The notes: generated by a model not told the origin, from the sequence alone. A DNA stretch of 64,000 bases from Clostridiales bacterium (GCA_017551865.1 JAFZKB010000020.1:86818-150817); one strand, 5' to 3'; shown: positions 9,492 to 19,633, counted from the stretch's first letter. Program-made: numbers and translations.

Positions 9492-11942
9492 ATGGAAAAA
9501 GCACTGCACAAGATCTCTGTCCGCGCGTTAAGCGAGCGCATTTACCGCTCCGGTTCCCTTCTGGGTGCCGGTTATGGCGGCGTGTCCGGACAGGACGGTA
9601 CGAGAATGCATCAGCGTGTCTTCCGCGATCTTAAGAAAGAATACGGCGATGAAGGCGTGATCTCCGAGTATTCCCTTGCCACCGAGATCGAATATGAGCT
9701 TTTCCGCATACAGATCACCGGGCGCGCCGACTGCGTGATCGAAAATCCCGAGGGGGATGGTCCCGCCGTCAATCTCATGGAGATCAAGACCCATAACCGT
9801 ATCGTAGAGAAGGTCGAGAATCTTATACTTCCGACCCACGAAGCCCAGCTGAAACTTTATGCGCATCTTTACTACCTGAGTCATACCGATGTGGAGGATA
9901 TCACTATCACCCTGCGTTATGTATGTTTCCTCAATTACCAGTATCTCGAAAAGAGCTGGGTATTCTCCCGCGCGGAAGCTTCCGAATTCTTCGATAACAC
10001 CATGGCACTTTACCTTGCTGAGGCCACGCGTATCTGTAATTACGAGAATGCGAGAAACGAATCGATCAGCAATATGAAATTCCCTTATTCCATGGTTCGA
10101 AACGGTCAGAAGGATTTCATGAAGGCTGTTCTCTCTTCTCTTAAACATAAGGAGACGCTGATCGCCGAAGCACCGACCGGGATCGGCAAGACGATCAGCA
10201 CCCTCTACCCTGCTTTAAAATGGCTTCCACATGCCCAGGGCGGGAAGATCTTCTACGCGACCGCAAAACTTGCGACAAGAGAAGTCGCGGACAAAGCACT
10301 ATCGGATATGCGCCAGCAGGGACTGGTCATTAAATCCATACAGCTTGCTCCGAAGGATAACATGTGTACCGCAGGCGAGGATTTCTGCGACAGCCGATTC
10401 TGTCCTTATGCAGACGGGTACTATTCCCGTTTAAATGCCGCACTGGAAGAGCTCTACCAGCTCGATGCGATCTATCCCGAAGATATAAGAAGAACGGCAC
10501 ATAAGTATAAGATCTGCGCGCACGAACTTCAGCTCGATGCCTCGAACGCCTGCGATGTCATCATCTGTGACTATAACCACGTATTCCATCCGAGGATCCG
10601 TCTGCAGCGCTACTTCGCCGTGAACGAATTCTGTCACACGATCCTTATAGATGAGGCGCATAACATGATCTCACGTTCCAGAGACATGTTCAGTGCCGTC
10701 TTTTCCAGAAGCACAATCATAAATGCGCTTCCTCTTCTTTCGACGATATCGGCCAAGACCGAAAAATACAGTCATCAGATCGCAGATTATTTCACGCTTC
10801 TCGATTATGCCTTTGAAAAAGATGCGGCCGGGCTCAATATGGCAGAGCCTTCCATCGCCGAAAAAGATATCGTCATCGGTGAGGATTTCCGCGCGACCAG
10901 ATCCGTCCCGAAGAACCTCTATCAGCTTCTCTGGGCGCTTTGCTTTCACATCGCGAACATCCTTGTCGATCTGGAGGACCGCGCCAAAAGAAGAACACTC
11001 TCAGAATTCTATTTTGAAGCCCGCTTCTTCCTGACGATCCTGGAAATGTATTTCGACGATGCGTATATCATTGAGGTCACGAGATCCGGCGTCTGCTCAA
11101 ATGACCAGTACGATATCTCGATCACTCTTGATTGTCTGGATGCCTCGGATAAGATCGCATCCATCCTTCGGGACAACCATAACGCCGTCTTCTTCTCCGC
11201 CACGATGTCTCCGCAGCAGTACTACCGGAGCATGATCGTTGGAAAAGACACGACGTTTTCTACGATGCTGCAGCTCCCGAGTCCATTCCCGCCCGAAAAC
11301 CTTCAGGTACTGATCATTAAGGATATCAGAACGACCTATCAGGAAAGAAACTTTTCGAGCAGTACGGTCGCGACGACGATCCTTCGCATGATCTCGGGAC
11401 ACCGGGAGAATTTCATGGTATTCTTCCCGTCATTTGCCTATATGGAGATGGTCTATAAGGATATCTCGAACCGGGTGCAGAAAGACCCGGATATCGAGCT
11501 GATGATCCAGATGCCCGGCATGAATGCCGACGATAAAAAACGGTATCTGGATCGTTTCAACCGCCATGGCGATAAAACTCTTCTCGGATTCGCCGTGCTG
11601 GGCGGACATTTCGGTGAAGGGATCGACCTTGTTGGAGATAAACTGAAGGGGGCTTTTATCGTAGGTGTCGGTCTTCCGCAGATCAGTAAAGAAAGAGAGA
11701 TCCTTTGCCAGTACTTCCAGAACAAGTTCGGTGATGGATTCTCGTACGCATATAAGTTCCCGGGCTGGGAGAAAGTGCTGCAGGCAGCAGGACGTGTCAT
11801 CCGAGACGAGAACGACCGGGGCTTCATCGTGTTAATGGATGAACGATACACGAGGGACGATTACCGTGTCCTCTGGCCCGAGCACTGGAGAGCCTCAGAA
11901 TACATTGCTTCCGAAGCCGAGATCCTCTGGGATGATCTTTAA
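9492..11942 (+). CDS. XPD/DinG-family Fe-S DNA helicase with an N-terminal PD-(D/E)XK-like nuclease domain
   Basis: Walker A is AEAPTGIGKT and the DEAH box is LIDEAHNM. The Cys cluster is CTAGEDFCDSRFCPYADGYY...KICAHE. The C-terminal helicase motifs are GGHFGEGIDL and QAAGRVIRDE. The N-terminal ~190 aa carry GRADCV...LMEIKT, a D...ExK pattern. Confidence 0.8.
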   Translation: MEKALHKISVRALSERIYRSGSLLGAGYGGVSGQDGTRMHQRVFRDLKKEYGDEGVISEYSLATEIEYELFRIQITGRADCVIENPEGDGPAVNLMEIKTHNRIVEKVENLILPTHEAQLKLYAHLYYLSHTDVEDITITLRYVCFLNYQYLEKSWVFSRAEASEFFDNTMALYLAEATRICNYENARNESISNMKFPYSMVRNGQKDFMKAVLSSLKHKETLIAEAPTGIGKTISTLYPALKWLPHAQGGKIFYATAKLATREVADKALSDMRQQGLVIKSIQLAPKDNMCTAGEDFCDSRFCPYADGYYSRLNAALEELYQLDAIYPEDIRRTAHKYKICAHELQLDASNACDVIICDYNHVFHPRIRLQRYFAVNEFCHTILIDEAHNMISRSRDMFSAVFSRSTIINALPLLSTISAKTEKYSHQIADYFTLLDYAFEKDAAGLNMAEPSIAEKDIVIGEDFRATRSVPKNLYQLLWALCFHIANILVDLEDRAKRRTLSEFYFEARFFLTILEMYFDDAYIIEVTRSGVCSNDQYDISITLDCLDASDKIASILRDNHNAVFFSATMSPQQYYRSMIVGKDTTFSTMLQLPSPFPPENLQVLIIKDIRTTYQERNFSSSTVATTILRMISGHRENFMVFFPSFAYMEMVYKDISNRVQKDPDIELMIQMPGMNADDKKRYLDRFNRHGDKTLLGFAVLGGHFGEGIDLVGDKLKGAFIVGVGLPQISKEREILCQYFQNKFGDGFSYAYKFPGWEKVLQAAGRVIRDENDRGFIVLMDERYTRDDYRVLWPEHWRASEYIASEAEILWDDL

Positions 11943-12701
11943 TCAGACAGGCGGCAGCGTATCTAGAATCAAGAGCTTGTCGTAATTCTTTTCGAGCCGC
12001 TCACAAAGGTATCTGTGTGTTACGGAGAAAAGATCATCGAGCACGTATTTTTCGGCGCGAAAAGCGGTCAGACGCTCAAGCGGGGCTTCGCGGATATACC
12101 GGAGCGCTTCGATGCAGCCGAGAGAGACGAACTGGTAGTCCCCTGCTTTGGATACACATCCGACCTTCGAACAGAAAAGCTTGCATTTACTGAAGGAAAA
12201 GGCACGTGTCGGCATCTGATCCGGTGATCCGCATTCACATTCACTTAAGTCGAATGCAAATCCCAAAGCGTCCATGACACGCCATTCAAAGGCCGATACG
12301 ATCGCCTTATACTTTTCAGGATGTTTCGAAAGGTCGTAGAGAACGTAGAGTACAAGCGGATACAGCGTCTGGGAGGATTCAAGATCCACGGCGGTGTCTT
12401 TTACAACTTCGAGTATATGCGAGGCACAGGTCAGCGCTTCAAATGAATCATAAAGTCCACGGAAACTCTCGACCGTCTCACCTTCTTTTACGTAATAAAA
12501 TCCTTTGCTCTCACTTAAAACGATATCTGCCAGATGCGGTGGAGTGGCAAGTGGTGCCATACGCGAGGAATGCTTCTTCGCACCCGGTACCATGGCCGAG
12601 ATCAGGCCCTGCTGATAGGTAAGTATAGTGATTATAGCATCCTGATCACGATGCGGTTTTGAGGATATGACCACACCACGGATCGTAAAACTATTACCCA
12701 T
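11943..12701 (-). CDS. recO: DNA repair protein RecO
   Basis: It has an N-terminal OB-fold-type sequence and a C-terminal Cys motif, CECGSP...CKLFCSKVGC. It sits in the conserved position after era. Confidence 0.85.
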   Translation of the reverse strand: MGNSFTIRGVVISSKPHRDQDAIITILTYQQGLISAMVPGAKKHSSRMAPLATPPHLADIVLSESKGFYYVKEGETVESFRGLYDSFEALTCASHILEVVKDTAVDLESSQTLYPLVLYVLYDLSKHPEKYKAIVSAFEWRVMDALGFAFDLSECECGSPDQMPTRAFSFSKCKLFCSKVGCVSKAGDYQFVSLGCIEALRYIREAPLERLTAFRAEKYVLDDLFSVTHRYLCERLEKNYDKLLILDTLPPV

Positions 12702-12704
12702 GGA

Positions 12705-14237
12705 TCAGTCATCCTTTTTCGTATAACCGAACTCGTCGAGGAATACCTGACGGTTCTTCCAGTCCTTCCGTACTTTGACATGAAGATCGAGGAATACCTT
12801 GCAGTCACACATCTTCTCGATATTCTGGCGTGCCGCCGTTCCGATGCGCTTGATCATCTGTCCGTTTTTGCCGAGAAGGATACTCTTATGCGAGTCTCTT
12901 TCGCAGATGATAGATGCGTGGATCTTAATGAGGCTTCGATCGTAGCTGTCGACTGCGTCCTCTTTTAATTCTTCTTCAAAAGCATCGATCTCTACAGCGG
13001 TCCCGTGGGGGATCTCTTCGTTCGTATAGTGGAGGATCTGCTCACGGATCAGTTCCGCAGAGATCTCGCGTTCCGACTGGTCCGTCACTTCCTCGATCGG
13101 GAAATATCTGGGCTGGGACGGAAGATATGAGATGATGACATTCATCAATTCATCAACACCATCGTCTTTAAGCGCAGAGATCGGAACGATCGCCTCAAAA
13201 TCCGCGATCTTCGAATAATTCGCAATCAGCGGAAGAAGCGATTCCTTGGTCACGGCATCCGCCTTATTGACCGCAAGGATGATCGGTTTTTTCAGTTTCT
13301 TCGCCATTTCCGCTGCCTTGATCTCGACATTTGCCGGTTTACTGAAACGGCCGTCTGCCATGAGGACCACGACGTCAGCACCCTTAGCCGCACGGAAGGA
13401 AGAATCCACCATGAATTCGGAAAGCTTCGACTGCGGTTTATGGATACCCGGCGTATCTACGAAGATCACCTGGGCATCGTCCCGGTTATAGATCGCCTGA
13501 ATGTTATTTCTCGTGGTCTGCGGCTTATGGGAAACGATCGCAAGCTTCATGCCGGAGATCGTATTGAGAAGCGTGGATTTACCAACGTTCGGGCGTCCTA
13601 CGAGAGCACAGTAACCGCAGTGTGGAAGCATCTCACCTACCGGATGCTCATCGGAAGAAGCCGTTTTCTCTTCTTTTCCCGAAGTCATTTTTCTCTCAGG
13701 CGCGGAAGGATCTCTCGGAAGGCCGATCCCGACCATGATCTCTTCCTGTTTGGAAAACATCAGTTCCTCATCTCTTCCGTTTTCGTGATCGAATCCCAGA
13801 AGATGAAGAAGCGAGTGCACTGCGAGGAACAGCATCTCTCTGTCCATGGAATGGCCGTATTCCGAAGCCTGTTTCCTAGCACGCTCCGGGCAGATTACGA
13901 TGTCACCGATTGGAAGGATCTTCTTCCCTTTTTCAGAATAAGAAAAGTCATATGGCATAAGATCTGAGGAAAGATTCCCATCCGTCATATCGAGGACCGG
14001 AAAAGAAAGAACATCGGTCACCGCGTCTTTTCCACGATGCTCAGCATTCAGTTTGCGGATACCCTCGGTTCCGACAAAACGAACATCCACAGAAACTTCC
14101 GCACCGGATGTCCGGATCCTGTCATCCACATAATCCTTTGAAATCAGAAGATCCATCGCCTTCTTAAGATACTTCTGGAAGGTCTTCTCCTCTTCTTTAC
14201 TATATGATCTGGTCTTGTTTTCAATAGAAATACTCAT
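12705..14237 (-). CDS. Single-ORF fusion of the endoribonuclease YbeY (N) and the GTPase Era (C)
   Basis: Residues ~1-165 carry VTDVLSFP and HSLLHLLGFDHE (the HxxxHxxxxxH zinc motif). A ~40-aa Ser/Glu/Pro-rich linker follows. The Era part has GRPNVGKST (G1), DTPG (G3), NKAD (G4) and a C-terminal KH-like region. The 510-aa frame is uninterrupted. Confidence 0.85.
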   Translation of the reverse strand: MSISIENKTRSYSKEEEKTFQKYLKKAMDLLISKDYVDDRIRTSGAEVSVDVRFVGTEGIRKLNAEHRGKDAVTDVLSFPVLDMTDGNLSSDLMPYDFSYSEKGKKILPIGDIVICPERARKQASEYGHSMDREMLFLAVHSLLHLLGFDHENGRDEELMFSKQEEIMVGIGLPRDPSAPERKMTSGKEEKTASSDEHPVGEMLPHCGYCALVGRPNVGKSTLLNTISGMKLAIVSHKPQTTRNNIQAIYNRDDAQVIFVDTPGIHKPQSKLSEFMVDSSFRAAKGADVVVLMADGRFSKPANVEIKAAEMAKKLKKPIILAVNKADAVTKESLLPLIANYSKIADFEAIVPISALKDDGVDELMNVIISYLPSQPRYFPIEEVTDQSEREISAELIREQILHYTNEEIPHGTAVEIDAFEEELKEDAVDSYDRSLIKIHASIICERDSHKSILLGKNGQMIKRIGTAARQNIEKMCDCKVFLDLHVKVRKDWKNRQVFLDEFGYTKKDD

Positions 14238-16321
14238 TCAGGATATTTCACCCTTTCGTGGAAGAAGCCGGCATATACCTGGATAAAGGCACGGATCATG
14301 CGTTCAAGATCGTCGAAGGACAATCCTGAATTGACCAGCTGGTCATCTTCTATTTTAGATTTAATGATCTTACGGAAAAGGACCTCCGCTTCTTCGACAT
14401 CGTGAATGCCCTGGGAACGGATCGCCGCTTCACATGAGTCCGCAATCATGATGATGGCGGATTCACGGCTCGAAGGAACAGAGCCCTTATAGCTGAAGTC
14501 CTCTTTTCTCGGCATCGGCTCACCCTTGGCTTCGGCTTCCTTCTGGGCTTTTAAGTAGAAGTAACCCGGGCAGGTCGTACCGTGATGCTCGAGGATAATG
14601 CTCTGGATAGGAAGCGGAAGTCGGTATTTCTTCGCAAGCTTCAATCCATCTGACGGATGTGATGTGATGATGGCGATGCTCTCTTCTACGGAAAGCTTGT
14701 CGTGCGGATTCACACCATCCATCTGGTTCTCGGTAAAGTATTCCGGTCTTTCAAGCTTTCCAATATCGTGATAGTACGAACCGACCTTCGCCAGAAGTGC
14801 ATTTGCGCCGATGGCTTCGGCTGCAGAGTCGGCAAGATTTGCAACCATCATGCTGTGCTGGGAAGTACCCGGCGCCTCGAGGAAAAGTCTTTTCTGAAGC
14901 GGATGGCTCTGCTGCGCAAGGTCCAGAAGACGCATCGGTGATGCGGTATTCGAGATGAGCTCAAAGAGCGGCTCACAGCCGATTGCAGCAACAACGGAAC
15001 ATGCAGTACCGATCACTGCCCAGAGCGCGGAGTTAAAAGTATCAGTCTTTGATGACTGCGAGACGAGATTAAAGCCCAGCGAAGAGAATACAGCAGCAAT
15101 ACTTGTCAGAATGATGAGTGTCGCGGCATTGTACTTATGGTTTCTCTGGCCTGCAATAACAGAGCATATAAAGATCGTGATAATGGAAACGAAGATTAGC
15201 TCGGTATTAAAACTGCTCATCGGAAGAACAACAAGCAGCGACAGCACGCTCATCGTGATACCGCCCTGCACACCGAGATATGTCGCAAAAATGACCGTTG
15301 TAAACATGATCGTCGAGAAAAGCGGCGAGATCGAGGTCAGATAGCGGCTGGTGATCAAAGGCACGACAAAAGCGATCATCAGTGAGATCAGTGTCTTGGA
15401 GTCGTAATTGTTCTTCTTTTCCAGGCGGGTCAGATAGAAAGCGCCGGCGGCCACCGTGATCGAGATATAAACGATAATGCCGATCAGAAGCGTGAAGTTA
15501 AAGGAATTGGATGGCAGAAGATCCAGATCCTGAAGCTGGCTATATACGTGCGGCGTGATCGTCTCACCTACGCTTACGATACGGGCACCTTTCTGGATCA
15601 TGACAGGTTCACTGATAGCGTTTTTGTATGCAGATTCTCTGGCGTTTTCCGTGGCGTTTCCATCGTAAACGGCATTAGGCTTAAGAAGGTGGCTCAATAA
15701 TGATGTGATCAGGTCATCCTGAGATATATAATCCGTATTCTCATGGGTACGCGAATCTTTTACATAGGAAGCATAGTTATTGATCTCAACAAGAAGCGAC
15801 TGCTCGTCCAGTGCATTCATGAAGATCATATCCGTGATCTCTTTGGACTGCGTGGAAACATAGGAAAAATCCACAAAGGAAATGTTGGCGAGCGTATAGG
15901 CTGTCTCCTCAGGAAGTGTGATCTCGTACGATTCCTTTACCGCACGAAGAAGAAGATCCCCCATCTCCTTTTTGTTGCGGATCACCATACCGTTTTCATC
16001 AATATTGGCTTTGCGGAGTTCTTCGCAATAGGAAAAGAATTCGTCCACGAGCTTTTTATTCTGTTCGGAAACATCTTCGGATATGACATAGATCGGTTCG
16101 ACTTCGGTCCTTGCAAGGATCGCACGACGTTCGGTCTCGTACGTATCTTTTACAGAACGGGGCGCGGTAATGTCGTACTCACTGGCCTGTCCCTGAAATA
16201 CATCGTATTTTTTCGGAAGAGATCCGATATATACGAGGGCGACCATCAGCGCTGCAAGTAAAATGATCGCAACAATACTGATCACCTTAAACAGGCGCTG
16301 ATTCTTCTTGGTACTACGCAT
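14234..16321 (-). CDS. pgpH: 7TM-HD membrane phosphohydrolase (PgpH/YqfF family, cyclic-di-AMP phosphodiesterase type)
   Basis: It has an extracellular N-terminal domain, about 7 TM helices, and a C-terminal HD domain with YYHDIGK. The start is probably the ATG at 16321, 10 nt after AGGAGG. The ORF track begins at 16348. Confidence 0.8.
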   Translation of the reverse strand: MRSTKKNQRLFKVISIVAIILLAALMVALVYIGSLPKKYDVFQGQASEYDITAPRSVKDTYETERRAILARTEVEPIYVISEDVSEQNKKLVDEFFSYCEELRKANIDENGMVIRNKKEMGDLLLRAVKESYEITLPEETAYTLANISFVDFSYVSTQSKEITDMIFMNALDEQSLLVEINNYASYVKDSRTHENTDYISQDDLITSLLSHLLKPNAVYDGNATENARESAYKNAISEPVMIQKGARIVSVGETITPHVYSQLQDLDLLPSNSFNFTLLIGIIVYISITVAAGAFYLTRLEKKNNYDSKTLISLMIAFVVPLITSRYLTSISPLFSTIMFTTVIFATYLGVQGGITMSVLSLLVVLPMSSFNTELIFVSIITIFICSVIAGQRNHKYNAATLIILTSIAAVFSSLGFNLVSQSSKTDTFNSALWAVIGTACSVVAAIGCEPLFELISNTASPMRLLDLAQQSHPLQKRLFLEAPGTSQHSMMVANLADSAAEAIGANALLAKVGSYYHDIGKLERPEYFTENQMDGVNPHDKLSVEESIAIITSHPSDGLKLAKKYRLPLPIQSIILEHHGTTCPGYFYLKAQKEAEAKGEPMPRKEDFSYKGSVPSSRESAIIMIADSCEAAIRSQGIHDVEEAEVLFRKIIKSKIEDDQLVNSGLSFDDLERMIRAFIQVYAGFFHERVKYPE

Positions 16322-17294
16322 TTCCGCCATGCCTCCTCTCTCTTGCATTATAAGCCATTATGATCTTTTGCACCAACGGATTTCTAACAATATCCGTCTC
16401 CTGAAGAGATACGATAGCTATCCCCGGAATATTCCGCAGCACGCGCATGGCATCATCCAGCCCGTTCGGGTACCCCGACGGAAGATCGATCTGTGTCGTG
16501 TCACCGCAGACACAGACACGCGAGTTCATGCCCATACGGGTCAAAAACATCATCATCTGCTCAATCGTTGTGTTCTGGGCTTCATCAAGAAGGATAAAGG
16601 AATCATCGAGGTTACGGCCGCGCATATAAGCAAGAGGCGAAACTTCGATAATGCCGCGGTCGATATTCTTTTCAAAGCCTTCCCTTCCCATCAGTTCAAG
16701 AAGGGCATCATAGATCGGGCGCATATAAGGATCGACTTTTTCTTCTATATCGCCCGGAAGATAACCGAGTTTCTCACCCGCTTCTACCGCAGGGCGCGTC
16801 AGGATGATGCGGGAGACAGATCTCTCACGAAGTGCAAGGACCGCCATCGCTACACCGAGAAACGTCTTACCTGATCCTGCAGGGCCTTTACAAATAACAA
16901 CATCATTTTTTGCCATTGCATCAACATACACACGCTGTCCGAGCGTCTTTGCACGCACGGAACGTCCGGCCGGTGTCGTGAGGATCACCGGATCTTCGTC
17001 CGCCATGAATTCGGGAAGCCGGTTTTCCTTTTCCAAAAGGCACAAATATCTGACCGAAAGTGCATCGAGCTGTTCTTTCCGATCAAGAACAGCATCCATA
17101 GCAGATATCACGGAGTTGCATTTTCCCGTCTTGATCGGATCTCCTTTGATAAGGATACCGCTGTCGAGAGTTACGATCTCACACTCGAAAATCTCGCCGA
17201 CGATCTTCAGCCAGGCGCAGTTATTAGAAGAAAGTTCAATTAAGTGATTGACAGAGAGGATTTCTTCGTTCAATGCAAGGTCTCCTTTATACAT
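16314..17294 (-). CDS. phoH: PhoH-like ATPase (YbeZ/PhoH family)
   Basis: It has the P-loop GPAGSGKTFLGVAMAV, the Walker B ILLDEAQN and a DLP motif. It sits in the conserved phoH-ybeY neighbourhood. Confidence 0.85.
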   Translation of the reverse strand: MYKGDLALNEEILSVNHLIELSSNNCAWLKIVGEIFECEIVTLDSGILIKGDPIKTGKCNSVISAMDAVLDRKEQLDALSVRYLCLLEKENRLPEFMADEDPVILTTPAGRSVRAKTLGQRVYVDAMAKNDVVICKGPAGSGKTFLGVAMAVLALRERSVSRIILTRPAVEAGEKLGYLPGDIEEKVDPYMRPIYDALLELMGREGFEKNIDRGIIEVSPLAYMRGRNLDDSFILLDEAQNTTIEQMMMFLTRMGMNSRVCVCGDTTQIDLPSGYPNGLDDAMRVLRNIPGIAIVSLQETDIVRNPLVQKIIMAYNARERRHGGNA

Positions 17295-18195
17295 CGTTTC
17301 TGAGTATTTCTAAAAGCTTACTGTAGTGCTCAGGAACATCGGCATGGTATTCGATGAGTTCCTGCGTTCTCGGATGGATAAACCTGATGGATGTGCTGTG
17401 CAGCGCCTGTCCGTGAAGATTGTACTTTTCTCTTTTCGGGGCATAGAGCGGGTCGCCGATACAGGGATGTCCGATATAGGTCATGTGGGCGCGGATCTGA
17501 TGCGTTCTTCCCGTTTCGAGCTTACAAAGAAGATCCGTTCCCTTTCGGAAACGCTCAAGGACCTCGAAGTGCGTAATCGAGTCTTTTCCACCTTCGCAGA
17601 CAGTCATCTTGCGTCTGTCATTCGTGGCTCTCCCTATCGGCGCATGGATCGTGCCCTTGTCAGAATCAACGATACCGTAAACGCAAGCCCGGTATTCACG
17701 GACAACTTCGTGATTTGCAATCATCTCGGCCATGGCCAGATGCGTCTCATTATTCTTAACGGCGACCATAAGGCCCGAGGTATCCATATCAATACGGTGT
17801 ACGATACCCGGACGGATGACACCGTTGATATCAGAAAGATTACCTGCGCAGTGATACAAAAGCGCGTTCACGAGGGTTCCGGAATAATGACCCGGAGCCG
17901 GATGCACGACCATACCCTGGGGCTTGTTGATGATGATCAGGTCATCGTCTTCATAAACGATATCCAGAGGAATATCTTCCGGCTTTGCGTCCGTATCTAC
18001 CGGAGGCGGGAAATCGATGTCGATCTTTTCTCCTCCAAATACTTTAAAAGAAGCCTTCACCGTTTTTCCGTCGACCGAGACGGCCCCGTCGGAAATGAGC
18101 TGTGCAGCTCGGGAACGTGTCAGATCAGGGCATGCCATCGGAATATAGGCATCCACACGTCCCTGATAGTTTTCAACGAAATACGTTTCTACCAT
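17287..18195 (-). CDS. RluA-family 23S rRNA pseudouridine synthase (RluD-like) with S4 domain
   Basis: The motifs are HRIDMDTSGLMV (catalytic Asp) and GRTHQIRAHM. The N-terminus is S4-like (RVDAYI...SRAAQLI). Confidence 0.85.
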   Translation of the reverse strand: MVETYFVENYQGRVDAYIPMACPDLTRSRAAQLISDGAVSVDGKTVKASFKVFGGEKIDIDFPPPVDTDAKPEDIPLDIVYEDDDLIIINKPQGMVVHPAPGHYSGTLVNALLYHCAGNLSDINGVIRPGIVHRIDMDTSGLMVAVKNNETHLAMAEMIANHEVVREYRACVYGIVDSDKGTIHAPIGRATNDRRKMTVCEGGKDSITHFEVLERFRKGTDLLCKLETGRTHQIRAHMTYIGHPCIGDPLYAPKREKYNLHGQALHSTSIRFIHPRTQELIEYHADVPEHYSKLLEILRNDV

Positions 18196-18737
18196 TACTT
18201 CTCCTTTTCGTCTTTAGACGAGAACGGGATCTCCGGGATGAAACGGTCACTGAAAAGCAAGAGGACCGCCAGGACCACGCAGGACAAGGTGACATATATA
18301 TCCGCCACATTAAAGATCGGGAAGGTATAACTTCCGAAATCAAAACGAAGGAAGTCGACAACATAATGAAGACGTACACGGTCTATGAGGTTGCCGAGCG
18401 TGCCTGCCGAAAGAAAGATCAGGCAAATAGAGAGTCTTCTGCTTCTGAATCTCACCAGTACAAAGAATGAAAGGAAAAGTAAAACACAAAGAGAGATTGC
18501 GGAAACAATGCTCAGGAAAGTGACGCCCCAGGACTTATCCGAGAACATGCTGAAAGCACTTCCCGTATTTCTTACATACATCAGCGAGAAGAAATCTTTT
18601 ATGATCGGATACATCGTATATAGCGCCTGTGACTTCGTAATTAGGCTCTTAGTGAACTGGTCGATGAATACCAGCACGACGAAAAGTTCGCCCCAGAGCA
18701 CATATGTGATCCATGTCGGTTTTTTCAATTCATTCAT
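18195..18737 (-). CDS. lspA: Lipoprotein signal peptidase II
   Basis: It has the NTGSAFSMF and FNVAD motifs and four TM segments. Confidence 0.85.
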   Translation of the reverse strand: MNELKKPTWITYVLWGELFVVLVFIDQFTKSLITKSQALYTMYPIIKDFFSLMYVRNTGSAFSMFSDKSWGVTFLSIVSAISLCVLLFLSFFVLVRFRSRRLSICLIFLSAGTLGNLIDRVRLHYVVDFLRFDFGSYTFPIFNVADIYVTLSCVVLAVLLLFSDRFIPEIPFSSKDEKEK

Positions 18738-19518
18738 ATATCTTTATCCTTTCCATTTTCAGGCATTTTCCATTTTTTATATCGAGATCTGCAAGGACCG
18801 CCTGCATTGAAGCAGGTCCATCTGCAGGAGTATACCTTGCCGGAAGCTTGTCGGCAAGTCTTCTTAGCGAAGCATCAGGATCCATTCCGAGTATCCCGCT
18901 CATGGTCCCGGTCATGCCTACATCGGTCATGTATCCGGTTCCAAACGGAAGGATCATCTCATCGGAAGTCTGGACATGTGTATGCGTGCCGAGAACAAGT
19001 GAAACTTCCCCGTCCGCCATGTAACCCATTGCAGCCTTCTCGCTCGTCGCCTCCGCATGAAAATCAATAAGGATATTCGTTGGCGAATATTCTTTTTTCC
19101 ATCTGGAAATATTGGCACGGTAATACTGGAATGGGGAATTCGCCATTGGCGTAACAAAGACCTGGCCCATCAGGGAGATCACGAGAAGTCTTCCCTTCTC
19201 CTTCAGATCGATCAGGTACTCCGATTTCCCGGGCCATGCGTCACTGACATTTCCTGGGCGGATCACACGATCTTCGGAATCTGCAAACTGGAGATAATTC
19301 GGACAGGAAAAGGAATGATTTCCCAATGTGATGCAGTCTGCTCCGAAAGAGAAGATCTCTTTGGCGGACGCGTAGTTGATCCCGAGACCGGCGGCCACAT
19401 TTTCGGCATTGACGACACAGGCATCCACGGAATTCTCCGAAAGGAATGTCTTGAGTTTATTTTTTAAGATCCGTTTGCCCGGATGGGCAACCACATCACC
19501 GACAAAGAGTACCCGCAA
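18730..19518 (-). CDS. ymdB: YmdB-family metallophosphoesterase (TIGR00282 type)
   Basis: The motifs are RVLFVGDVV, NAENVAAG and GNH. The start is TTG, 7 nt after GAGGA. It sits in the conserved position downstream of rny. Confidence 0.85.
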   Translation of the reverse strand: MRVLFVGDVVAHPGKRILKNKLKTFLSENSVDACVVNAENVAAGLGINYASAKEIFSFGADCITLGNHSFSCPNYLQFADSEDRVIRPGNVSDAWPGKSEYLIDLKEKGRLLVISLMGQVFVTPMANSPFQYYRANISRWKKEYSPTNILIDFHAEATSEKAAMGYMADGEVSLVLGTHTHVQTSDEMILPFGTGYMTDVGMTGTMSGILGMDPDASLRRLADKLPARYTPADGPASMQAVLADLDIKNGKCLKMERIKIYE

Positions 19519-19570
19519 TGACTAATCCTCAGTTTCACAAAAATCTGAAACTCATTTTACCATAAAACCT

Positions 19571-19617
19571 ATTAAAACAAAAAGAAGAGCCTTCTCCTTT
19601 TCGGGAAAAGACTCTTC
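19571..19617 (-). terminator. Hairpin terminator after rny (also flanked by T-runs on the plus strand)
   Basis: A GAAGAG...CTCTTC outer stem encloses an inner GGAAAAG/CTTTTCC-type pairing. On the minus strand it is followed by TTTTTGTTTTAAT. Confidence 0.5.
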
Positions 19618-19633
19618 ATTTTTTGTTTTGGGT

